Source: an uncultured Chlamydiales bacterium (GTDB lineage Bacteria > Chlamydiota > Chlamydiia > Chlamydiales > JAAKFR01). From it: a DNA stretch of 64,000 nucleotides. Below, piece by piece: positions 37,779 to 50,815 of this stretch (positions are counted from its first letter, which is position 1; every line of letters starts with the position of its first letter). The notes below the pieces were generated by a model. That model ran no database searches. It was not told the origin of the DNA and saw only the letters and a list, made by a program, of their open reading frames with translations. The stretch lies in assembly GCA_963832835.1 (NCBI GenBank), contig CAWHVD010000001.1, forward strand, positions 2,389,199 through 2,453,198, written 5' to 3'. The position numbers and the translations under genes are program-made.

Positions 37779-38378
37779 ATGGAAAACCAAGATATCAATC
37801 CATGGAAGCAGATTTGGATAGAACCCAGAAAGACAATGCGCTCAATTTTATCAACCGATCCTAAAAAAACAATTGTGTGGTTAGCACTTATCAGTGGTAT
37901 TCTCGGAGCCCTTACCTATGTCTTCTCACTTAAAGTCTCTCAACCTCCACGCGTGGATCATCTCCATAGTCTACTTGTGCTTGGCATCTTAATTGCTGGT
38001 GGTCTCTCCGGTCTAATCCATCTTTACTTTGGGGGCTGGCTCTATAGGCTTACTGGATCGTGGATTGGAGGAAAGGGAAGTTTTACCGACGTCAAATCCG
38101 CCGTGGGCTGGAGCAATTATCCTTACATCGTAGGTGGAATCTTTGGACTTTTAGGACTTCTGTCCATTCCCCATCTTTGGCTACAATTGATTTTTGGGCT
38201 CATCAATTTTGTAATCCTCATCTGGGGACTAGTCATTTTTTTTAAACTCCTTTCAGAGGCTCATCAATTCTCAGTCTGGAAAGGGATTTTGACAGTACTC
38301 ATCGCCGCGGCACTCATCTTTGTGGTTTTCATGATCATCGCCTTACTGATCCCACTTTTGGCCCCACTATTCAAATAA
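37779..38378 (+). CDS. Yip1-domain-like polytopic membrane protein
   Basis: Five predicted hydrophobic segments. N-terminal INPWKQIWIEPRKTMRSIL resembles bacterial Yip1/DUF1282 proteins. Confidence 0.45.
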   Translation: MENQDINPWKQIWIEPRKTMRSILSTDPKKTIVWLALISGILGALTYVFSLKVSQPPRVDHLHSLLVLGILIAGGLSGLIHLYFGGWLYRLTGSWIGGKGSFTDVKSAVGWSNYPYIVGGIFGLLGLLSIPHLWLQLIFGLINFVILIWGLVIFFKLLSEAHQFSVWKGILTVLIAAALIFVVFMIIALLIPLLAPLFK

Positions 38379-38481
38379 TCCTAGATTCGGCAGTTGGAGT
38401 CGACAAGCGTAAGGGTTCATTTCAAGGAGTATCACTTTTTTTTAGAAATTAATTTAAAATTAACACCTTTTTAACAAAATT

Positions 38482-38510
38482 TTGCTACAATCACTTTTTT
38501 GATTTAAAAT
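38482..38510 (+). promoter_or_regulatory. Candidate sigma70-like promoter (TTGCTA-17 nt-TAAAAT) upstream of the ankyrin/J-domain gene
   Basis: The hexamers were read directly from the sequence, 46 nt upstream of ATG 38557 in an AT-rich intergenic region. There is no experimental support. Confidence 0.25.
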
Positions 38511-38556
38511 GTGACTACAATGAGTGATTCTTCTTTAATATCTGGTAGCAACAAGA

Positions 38557-39162
38557 ATGCAGGCACTGTGTGACAAAGGGGCCTCCCCAACGATACAAGA
38601 CAATGAGGGTAATACTCCACTGCACTTTTTGCTAAGAGGTCGTATTGTCTATAAAAATTGCGAACGGCTTTTGAACACAGCTTATCTTATGAAAAATCAT
38701 CAGGGAGAGACACCCTTGCACCAGTGGGCTAAAATTCCACAACCTCTTACGAATTATATAGTTAATACTATTGAACTGCCCAGTTTCCCATCCCCTGAAT
38801 GTGCTGAAGAGGCTTTTCTGGCACAGGATCATGCTGGTAATAATGTCTTACATATCGCCGCAGAGCATGGAAATGCTATGTTTATTTATAAAGTAGATAT
38901 GTACGAGAAGGCAATAGGGGAAAGATGCCATCAGGTCAGGAATCATAATCATCAGACACCCGATGACATTGAAAATTCAGAGCATCTAACTGACTTGGGA
39001 TTAACTTCTTTAGCCACCCTACAGAATGTCAAAGATACCTACAAAAAACTCGCCCTGCAATGTCATCCTGACAAACATCCTGGGAACGCAAAGGCTGAGG
39101 CGCAGTTTAAAAAGATCAGTGTGGCCGCTAGCTATCTCATAAATGGGCCCGACAACTGCTGA
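38557..39162 (+). CDS. Ankyrin-repeat protein with C-terminal DnaJ (J) domain
   Basis: Ankyrin motifs GNTPLHFLL, GETPLHQWA and GNNVLHIAAEHGN. J domain ...TYKKLALQCHPDKHPGNAKAEAQFKKISVAASYL with HPD at 39064-39072. Confidence 0.75.
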   Translation: MQALCDKGASPTIQDNEGNTPLHFLLRGRIVYKNCERLLNTAYLMKNHQGETPLHQWAKIPQPLTNYIVNTIELPSFPSPECAEEAFLAQDHAGNNVLHIAAEHGNAMFIYKVDMYEKAIGERCHQVRNHNHQTPDDIENSEHLTDLGLTSLATLQNVKDTYKKLALQCHPDKHPGNAKAEAQFKKISVAASYLINGPDNC

Positions 39163-39185
39163 AACTAGGTTGAAAGGTTAGAGGC

Positions 39186-39214
39186 AAAAAAAAAGCCCTG
39201 CCGAGTGGCAGGGC
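39186..39214 (-). terminator. Rho-independent terminator of the rRNA operon
   Basis: On the minus strand: GCCCTGCC-ACTC-GGCAGGGC followed by T9, about 12 nt after the 5S 3' end. Confidence 0.8.
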
Positions 39215-39225
39215 GTAAGGGAAAA

Positions 39226-39341
39226 CTTGGCAGCGACCTACTCTTCCACACTCTTGAGTGCAGTACCATCGGCGATGAAGGGCTTAACTTCTGAGTTCGG
39301 GATGGGATCAGGTGTACCCCCTTCTCAATAGCCACCAAGAA
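39226..39341 (-). rRNA. rrf: 5S ribosomal RNA
   Basis: The reverse complement aligns with the bacterial 5S consensus (...CCGAACTCAGAAGTTAAGCCCTTCATCGCCGATGGTACTGCACTCAAGAGTGTGGAAGAGTAGGTCGCTGCCAAG). Confidence 0.9.
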
Positions 39342-39529
39342 AGATTGTTTTTGCCCATCATTACTGATTTGGGCAAAGAAAGTTTTGTGTACTCAGTATA
39401 TATCGCTATTCACTTACAAAAAATGGCGCTCAAAGACGATCTTACATCCAATTGCGCTCAATTTTATCAACTCGTCTCTAATCAAAACTTGCCACTTTCA
39501 GTGCCTTTAGGGCACTTCTGTGTGAAAAA

Positions 39530-42480
<2,951 letters not shown>

Positions 42481-42738
42481 CAAAAAATTTGTGTTTTGCA
42501 AGCTGATAATTTTGAGTTTTTCGATTAATTTCTATCGTGCATTTGAAATGCAAGACCGTATTTATTCTTCAAGCGTCACTTTTTTTAAGTGAAATTGCTT
42601 TATTTTTATATTCTTGAGATACACAAAACTTTCAAGACAGCTTCTCTTGACAGCATTAACGAAACAGAATACAGACGGTAATTAAACCATACAGCCCTCA
42701 ACCTGGTTGACTACACATGGTAGTCAAACCTGTCCTTA

Positions 42739-44288
<1,550 letters not shown>

Positions 44289-44871
44289 AAAATAAAATTA
44301 TTTATCGAATTAACGAGTTATCAGGTTTTCACCTGATCCACTCAAGCTGTATCCAATTCTGATTGGATCTGCATTCTGTTTCATAATCGCTGTCAAGATA
44401 TGCAACTTCTAGAGTTGCTAGCCACTCTTTCGGTGACTTTTTTCTTACTGCTTCTCTTCAACAGAGATTCGCGTTCGTAAGAAGGCAAAACAATACATAA
44501 ACCGGGAATTTCCGCACAACGCTTTTTCTGAAAAAATTAATTAAAATAAAATTTATCTCGTTCCGCACCTTATTATACAGCGAGCTACCGAAATTTGCGT
44601 TGGGCATCTTTTGCTGTAATTTTAGGCGGCAGATGAATGGCTGTATCAGATTTTGTGAAGGCAATATAGGGGAGAATGCAACACAGAGGCACGAAGGCTC
44701 AAAGACACGGAGATGGAAAATGGATTGATTGGCATCAGAATTTGTTGATTAAGAAATGATCAATTTCTCTGCTCTCTTTGCTTTTTACAATACAATTAAA
44801 AAAATTTAGTATACTAATAATATTTTGTTATAATAATTTTGTTTTTAACTAATTAACCAAAGGGAAGGAAA

Positions 44872-45129
44872 ATGTCTATTGAAATTGCAAAAGGTGCAGG
44901 AGCGATTTTAGGGAGTGCGTGCTTACTTGCTGCCGGGGGTGCATATCTATTTGGACACTGGGTAACCCCATTACCGCCTATGTGGAATACAGGAGGTGCG
45001 GTTTATACTGCAATGGCGATTGCTTTGGGGCCCCCATTAATGATGGTGGGCGTCCTGAAAACTCTTAATGCCTGGGAAGAGTACCAAAATATCCAACCAC
45101 CTTCTGATGTTGGACACGATAATCTGTAA
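44872..45129 (+). CDS. Small hypothetical membrane protein (2 TM segments)
   Basis: Good RBS (GGGAAGGAAAATG). Two hydrophobic stretches. No recognisable family. Confidence 0.45.
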   Translation: MSIEIAKGAGAILGSACLLAAGGAYLFGHWVTPLPPMWNTGGAVYTAMAIALGPPLMMVGVLKTLNAWEEYQNIQPPSDVGHDNL

Positions 45130-45219
45130 TCAGAGGGTGAGCTCCTATGCTTGGACTTGAGTAATTTTGGGGAGTGTTTGACTTTTATTGGTCATTTGCA
45201 GAAAATTCCCAGCTTATCT

Positions 45220-45294
45220 GGCGGACGTAGCTCAGTTGGTTAGAGCATTGGATTGTGATTCCAAGGGTCGCGGGTTCGAGCCCCGTCGTTCGCC
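45220..45294 (+). tRNA. tRNA-His (anticodon GTG)
   Basis: Folded by hand: G-1, acceptor GCGGACG/CGTTCGC, D arm GCTC/GAGC, anticodon stem TTGGA/TCCAA with loop TTGTGAT, T arm with TTCGAGC loop. The extra 5' G pairing with C73 is the His identity feature. Confidence 0.9.
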
Positions 45295-45376
45295 CATCTT
45301 TCTCTTATCTCCTTACAATATTCTGAATTGGAAAAAGCAGTGGATGTTTCACGCATCATGACTTATATTGCGTGAC

Positions 45377-47656
45377 ATGGGTGTAAAAAAAACAAAGAAG
45401 CAGCTTTACTTATCGCGTCGCTTCCAAGGAGTCTTTTGGCTCATGCTAGCTGCTGCATGGATGCTAAGTCAACTGACCTATAGCGATGCAGATCCAAGCC
45501 GCAATTGGTTGGGTCTTATAGGACATGTGGGAGCTTGGATATCGGCCTATTTGCTCGGTTTGGCGGGATGGTTGGTGCCTCCTTTTTTGGCATGGTATGG
45601 CTGGAAAAAAGCCTGCAACCACAAAATCGATTCACTTGCTCTGAAGCTTTTTTGCTTGGCAACTTCAATTTTTTCCTGTGCTATCCTTCTAGCGATGCTT
45701 AGCCAAGCTGCCCCCCATTTTGCAGCACTATTTAAGCGGTGGATTTATGCCGATTATTTTCCCCGAAGAGCTTCTTATGACCCTACTGCTTTGAGGCACT
45801 ATCTGGGGGGAGTTCCTCTGCACCACCTCTACGTGGACATGAGTATCAGTATCCAGAAGTTGCTGGGCGGCTTTGGATCATTCCTGGTTTTCTTCAATCT
45901 ATTTGTGATATCTGTCATTTTGCTGACAGATTTTCCGGTGGCTCGTTTTCTTGGAAAATTTAAAAAACTTTTCAGAAGTACCCCTAAACCTATTTTAGAG
46001 CAGCTTAAAGTTGCAGCTGCTCGCCCTTTTGAGTCCAGTATCATGAGCCAGCCGGTGGATGAGTCCCCTGTGCCTTCGCTACTGCGCGAAGATCCTTTAA
46101 AAAAAATCACTCGAGTTAAAATTCCAGAGGCAAAACCACCTTCTACTATCCCTGTGGAGCATATCGTTCCTTCTAAAATCGGTGATTACGAACTACCCCC
46201 TTTTACCCTTTTGACGGAAGTGATCCCCATCGATCAATCTTCTTTAAAAAATGACCTCAAGCGTGGTGCAAAACTCTTGGAGGAGACGTTGTTGAGTTTT
46301 GGGATCGAAGCAAAGGTCGGTGATATCCACTGCGGCCCTACGATCACTTCGTTTGAAGTCCATCCAGCCGTTGGCGTCAAAGTACAAAAAATTAAGGCGC
46401 TCGAAAATGATATCGCTCTGAACATGCAGGCTAAATCAATTCGGATCATTGCTCCCATTCCAGGTAAAGCTGCTGTAGGGATTGAGGTGCCTAACCCGCA
46501 GCCTCAAGAGGTAGGTTTTCGTGACCTTTTAGAAAGCTATCAAGCTACACACAAAAAGGCCCATATTCCCCTTTTGCTTGGAAAAGTGGTCAACGGGGAT
46601 GATGTATGGGCCGATCTGACTAAAATGCCCCACTTGATTATCGCAGGGGCAACGGGGTCGGGTAAATCGGTTTGTATCAACACCATTGTGATGTCGATTG
46701 TGATGAACTCACGACCCGACGAAATTAAACTACTGATGGTCGATCCTAAAAAAGTGGAGCTAACTGCCTATTCGCATCTACCTCATATGCTCGCACCCGT
46801 GATTACTGAACCGGGTGGGGCCTGTGCAGCTCTAGGATGGCTTGTCAAAGAGATGGAGCGTCGTTATGAGATCTTCCGCCAACTGGGGATTCGGAATATT
46901 CTCGCCTTTAACGGACGAAAAGCCAACGTAGAGCTCGAGGGTTCTCTTGATCTTGATATTCCTGAAAAAATGTCCTACATCGTGGTGATTATCGATGAAT
47001 TGGCCGATTTAATGATGGTCTCCTCAAGCGATATCGAAACACCGATCGCTCGTATTGCCCAGATGGCCAGAGCCGTGGGCATCCATATGATTTTGGCGAC
47101 ACAACGTCCTTCTCGTGAGGTGATCACAGGCCTCATCAAGGCAAATTTTCCCTGCAGGATTGCTTTTAAAGTATCGAGCCGCATTAACAGCCAGATTATC
47201 ATCGATGATAATGGCGCCGAAATGTTGCTAGGAAATGGGGACATGCTCTTTCTGCCTCCCGGTACATCGACTCTCTCGCGTGCCCAAGGGGCTTTTATTC
47301 GTGATGATGATATTAACAAGGTCATTCACTTTTGCTGTTCACAGGCCTCAGCTAATTACTTAATTCCATCGTTCGACAACTACCGTCCTGAAGGACTAGA
47401 TGCACTCATGGCAGTTGAGGCAAGAGAGCTCGATCCTTTATATGACACCGCTAAAAACCTGGTCTTAGAAACAGGGGTTGCTTCGACAACATTTCTGCAG
47501 AGAAAAATGAAACTGGGATACGCAAAGGCCGCCCACCTCATGGACCTGCTCGAACAACAGGGACTAGTGGGTCCTTCTGAAGGGGCTAAGCCACGCAAAA
47601 TTTTTTACCCATCGACGCAGAAAGAAGAAGAAGAAGAAGAAGAAGAGGATATTTAG
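45377..47656 (+). CDS. ftsK: DNA translocase FtsK
   Basis: N-terminal TM segments. Walker A AGATGSGKSVCINT, Walker B VVIIDELADLMM. C-terminal winged-helix gamma domain (TTFLQRKMKLGYAKAAHLMDLLEQQGLVGP). Poly-Glu tail from (GAA)7. The ATG at 45377 is preferred over the TTG at 45368. Confidence 0.92.
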   Translation: MGVKKTKKQLYLSRRFQGVFWLMLAAAWMLSQLTYSDADPSRNWLGLIGHVGAWISAYLLGLAGWLVPPFLAWYGWKKACNHKIDSLALKLFCLATSIFSCAILLAMLSQAAPHFAALFKRWIYADYFPRRASYDPTALRHYLGGVPLHHLYVDMSISIQKLLGGFGSFLVFFNLFVISVILLTDFPVARFLGKFKKLFRSTPKPILEQLKVAAARPFESSIMSQPVDESPVPSLLREDPLKKITRVKIPEAKPPSTIPVEHIVPSKIGDYELPPFTLLTEVIPIDQSSLKNDLKRGAKLLEETLLSFGIEAKVGDIHCGPTITSFEVHPAVGVKVQKIKALENDIALNMQAKSIRIIAPIPGKAAVGIEVPNPQPQEVGFRDLLESYQATHKKAHIPLLLGKVVNGDDVWADLTKMPHLIIAGATGSGKSVCINTIVMSIVMNSRPDEIKLLMVDPKKVELTAYSHLPHMLAPVITEPGGACAALGWLVKEMERRYEIFRQLGIRNILAFNGRKANVELEGSLDLDIPEKMSYIVVIIDELADLMMVSSSDIETPIARIAQMARAVGIHMILATQRPSREVITGLIKANFPCRIAFKVSSRINSQIIIDDNGAEMLLGNGDMLFLPPGTSTLSRAQGAFIRDDDINKVIHFCCSQASANYLIPSFDNYRPEGLDALMAVEARELDPLYDTAKNLVLETGVASTTFLQRKMKLGYAKAAHLMDLLEQQGLVGPSEGAKPRKIFYPSTQKEEEEEEEEDI

Positions 47657-47660
47657 AAAA

Positions 47661-48440
47661 ATGTATGGTTACTGTCCACTTGCATCAGGGTCAAAAGGCA
47701 ATTGCATCTACTTTGGATCAAAGAAAACGAAAATATTGATCGATGCCGGTATCAGCGGAGCCGCAACTCGGCGTAAGCTAGAAGAGATCGACGTCTCGTT
47801 AGAGGAGATCCGAGCGATTGTGATCTCTCACGATCACTCTGATCATATTCTAGGGTTAAAAACACTTGCATTCCGTTATGGAATCCCTGTTTTTGCTAAT
47901 GCTGAAACGGCAAAGGGAATCTATGGCGCCCTGGGTTGTTGCCCTCAATTCAAAATTTTTACCACGGGTGAAAGCTTTACTTTTGAAGATATTGAAATCC
48001 ATCCTTTCAGTGTGCAACACGATACCGTAGATCCCGTCGCTTTTACGCTTAAGACAGGTGGGCTGAAAATTGGCATCTGTACCGACTTGGGCTTTCCTTC
48101 CACGCTTGTGAGGTCCCATCTCCAAAGTTGTGACTACTTGATGATCGAGTCTAATCACGAGCCTTCCATGGTACATGCCTCTTCTCGTCCCCCCATCTAT
48201 AAGCAACGCGTGCTCGGTCGTAGCGGCCATCTCTCCAATGAAGCATGTGCCTCCTTGCTTAAGGAGGTCATGGGAGATAATTTAAAGCATGTTCACTTGG
48301 CCCATCTCTCACAGGAATGTAACTCGGAAATCACTGCGCTGGAAACGGTGAAAAAAAAGCTTGGAGAGCAGATTGAGATCACCATCGCTCCTCAAAATCA
48401 AATCGGTAAACCTATCCACTTTTTACAAGTACAATTATGA
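47661..48440 (+). CDS. MBL-fold metallo-hydrolase (YycJ/PhnP-like)
   Basis: ILIDAG...VISHDHSDHILGL (HxHxDH motif). Length of 259 aa. Confidence 0.8.
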   Translation: MYGYCPLASGSKGNCIYFGSKKTKILIDAGISGAATRRKLEEIDVSLEEIRAIVISHDHSDHILGLKTLAFRYGIPVFANAETAKGIYGALGCCPQFKIFTTGESFTFEDIEIHPFSVQHDTVDPVAFTLKTGGLKIGICTDLGFPSTLVRSHLQSCDYLMIESNHEPSMVHASSRPPIYKQRVLGRSGHLSNEACASLLKEVMGDNLKHVHLAHLSQECNSEITALETVKKKLGEQIEITIAPQNQIGKPIHFLQVQL

Positions 48441-49111
48441 AAACGATTAAAATTGCATTGGCTACCGACGAGCCCGGGAAAAAACAAACTATTGCCCGCT
48501 TTGAAGATCTATTCGAGCTGAGCTATTTCCCTCACCTTGTTTTTGAGAACTGGGATGTGGAACAATGGATACGCCATAAATGTGCCTGGGCGCGTAAAAC
48601 AGGGCGTATCAAGAAGCTGGCTCTCTGGCTAGGCACACTGCATGGCCACCAGATTGATGCAGCGGATATTCCCGATGTGACCATCCGTTGGCTCGGTGCA
48701 GAGATGGGTTATGGCCTATTTGCAGATAGCCCTTTAAAAAAATGGGGATTCATCGGCGAGTACACCGGGACTTTGCGCCGACGGCATCTCTTTTTCCCCA
48801 ACATCAATGATTACTGTTTCATGTACCCACGCGATTGGCTTTCCCTAAAAGCGTTTACAATCGATAGTAAGACACAAGGGAATTATACCCGCTTCATCAA
48901 TCACAGTGATTACCCAAATTGTGAATCGGTCGCTGTCTTCCACGATGGGATCTACCATATTATTTTCCGGGCTCTTCAGGAGATCCCCGCCGGCACTCAG
49001 TTAACCTATGACTACGGAAACATTTACTGGAATCGGCGCAAAAAAATCGTAGAAGAGCCCATCGAAGATCTGATAGATCCTGAAGACCTGCATAAAGTAA
49101 AAAATCTATAA
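48437..49111 (+). CDS. SET-domain protein (lysine methyltransferase, chlamydial NUE/cpnSET-like)
   Basis: YTRFINHSDYPNCE (NHS motif) and GTQLTYDYG (post-SET-type motif). ATGA overlap with the upstream gene. Confidence 0.8.
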   Translation: MKTIKIALATDEPGKKQTIARFEDLFELSYFPHLVFENWDVEQWIRHKCAWARKTGRIKKLALWLGTLHGHQIDAADIPDVTIRWLGAEMGYGLFADSPLKKWGFIGEYTGTLRRRHLFFPNINDYCFMYPRDWLSLKAFTIDSKTQGNYTRFINHSDYPNCESVAVFHDGIYHIIFRALQEIPAGTQLTYDYGNIYWNRRKKIVEEPIEDLIDPEDLHKVKNL

Positions 49112-49189
49112 CCTTTTCAATTAAAAGATAGACGAAAAACGACTATTTATATATCTTAACTTACCAATTATAACGAAAAAACTGGTCAT

Positions 49190-50359
49190 ATGTCAAATTC
49201 CCCCACGCCTATTTCTTTATATACATCTAGACAAACAATTCAATCGCCAGACCCATACAAAATAGAGTCCAAAACAACTGTTTATCAAGCTGCTTTAGAG
49301 CTCATTGCCCTCCAAAATGAACCTTCTAACCCCCTTACAAATAATTCTGTAGCATCTTTAAATGCGGTTGTTCATCTTCCGTGGGACACCCCTCCCTCTC
49401 ATCCTTTGCTTCCAACACTTATAAAAAAGGGAATCTTTATCGAGATCCCTGCCCCCCCAGGAACGGCATTCAATAAGTGCACGGTTTCCTCACAACCCGC
49501 TGATTTTAAGGCTGAATTTACCCAACTACAATGGGAGACATACTACTTGCGAGAGGCCAAACATACCGTGATTGGCAAACATTATTGTCTTCAAAATCGG
49601 TACAAAGATGTCTTTTCGACTGATGAATGGCTATTTAGACTTACTGATCCGGAAGGCATACTTCCTTTTGAGGGATGGAAAAAACAGCTGCTAATGTGGG
49701 ATGCTTTGGGTGATTGCCCTTATATTAACGCCTCCCGCATAGGTGGGCATAATGGAGATATCATTACCCAAGCGCCTCTCAAAACTACAGAAGGGGATTT
49801 TTGGAAAATGGTTTGGCAATCTCAGGCAGCTGTAATTGTGATGCTAACTCCTTTTTTTGAAGATGAAAAACGCAAATGCTCCAGTTATTTCCCAGAATAT
49901 GTCAGCGAAACCCTTTCATTTGGTGAGCATTTTAAAGTCGATGTGCATTTACATCAGACATTTGACAGTGAGGGATGTACAAATTGGCAATTTTTTTTGC
50001 AACACGCAGGAGAAACCCGCAGGCTATATCTTGTGCAATGTACTGATTGGATTGACAAAAAACCATACCCCATCGAACGTTTGATACAATTGGTTAAGTA
50101 TTCCGAAGGCTTGGCCCACGAAAAACCCCTCATAGTACATTGTAGCGCAGGAATTGGGCGTTCAGGAACATACTATGCCTGCCTACTAGCTTATATTTTC
50201 TGGAAACACAGTAAAGGCTCTGTGCAAATCAATGTCGATGCGCTTGTAAAGTTTCTGCGTCTTTTTCGACCTGGCCTCATCCAAACTGCAGCGCAGTATG
50301 CGACCATTTTCAATTTCATCCACACTCTTTGCGGGCAGGCTAAAGGGATCTATTACTGA
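49190..50359 (+). CDS. Classical (eukaryote-type) protein tyrosine phosphatase domain protein
   Basis: NRYKDVFSTDE (KNRY motif), PYINASRI, DFWKMVWQSQAAVIVMLT, WID (WPD-loop position), VHCSAGIGRSGT (CX5R; Cys 50141-50143), LIQTAAQY (Q loop). Confidence 0.85.
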   Translation: MSNSPTPISLYTSRQTIQSPDPYKIESKTTVYQAALELIALQNEPSNPLTNNSVASLNAVVHLPWDTPPSHPLLPTLIKKGIFIEIPAPPGTAFNKCTVSSQPADFKAEFTQLQWETYYLREAKHTVIGKHYCLQNRYKDVFSTDEWLFRLTDPEGILPFEGWKKQLLMWDALGDCPYINASRIGGHNGDIITQAPLKTTEGDFWKMVWQSQAAVIVMLTPFFEDEKRKCSSYFPEYVSETLSFGEHFKVDVHLHQTFDSEGCTNWQFFLQHAGETRRLYLVQCTDWIDKKPYPIERLIQLVKYSEGLAHEKPLIVHCSAGIGRSGTYYACLLAYIFWKHSKGSVQINVDALVKFLRLFRPGLIQTAAQYATIFNFIHTLCGQAKGIYY

Positions 50360-50362
50360 GCA

Positions 50363-50815
50363 CTACGACTTGTCGAATCGACCCATTAGTTCACATTGAG
50401 CCAAAATATGCCCCTCCATTGCCTCTAGGAGCTCTTCTTTGGTAGCACCCTCAGATAACTTTAGCATGGTATCGAGTGCGTAGAGTTTAAAAAAATAACG
50501 ATGTTCCCCATCGGGTGGACAAGGTCCCATGTAACGGTTCAGACCTCCGGTATTTTTTCCAATGGTCCCAAGATCAGCAACTCCCTCTGGGAGTGAATGG
50601 GTTTTGGGATCCATATTGTAAAGGACCCAATGAACCCACATCCCATCCGCGCGTAGCTTTTTAGGCACATCTGGATCATCCATGATGAGGGCTAAGCTCT
50701 TGGCCTCAGAGGGCGCATTAGAAAGTGATAATGGAGGGCTGATATCCAACCCTACGCACGTATATTTTGGGGGGATGGATCCATTATGTTCAAATGCTTC
50801 ACTAGATAACTTCAT
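50363..50815 (-). CDS. YbhB/YbcL-family Raf-kinase-inhibitor-like protein (PEBP)
   Basis: LALIMDDPDVP...WVHWVLYNM...GPCPPDGEHRYFFKLYALD is the PEBP signature. Confidence 0.85.
   Translation of the reverse strand: MKLSSEAFEHNGSIPPKYTCVGLDISPPLSLSNAPSEAKSLALIMDDPDVPKKLRADGMWVHWVLYNMDPKTHSLPEGVADLGTIGKNTGGLNRYMGPCPPDGEHRYFFKLYALDTMLKLSEGATKEELLEAMEGHILAQCELMGRFDKS

Noticed and set aside
37767-37779. Divergent gene starts only 11 bp apart
   Set aside because: This is probably an annotation artefact of taking the longest ORF. The GT4 gene more likely starts at an internal ATG (about 37695), which leaves a normal divergent promoter region.
47624-47647. (GAA)7-GAG trinucleotide run at the 3' end of ftsK
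   Set aside because: It is in frame and gives a poly-Glu tail. It is noted as a low-complexity tail, with no evidence of functional or phase-variable significance.
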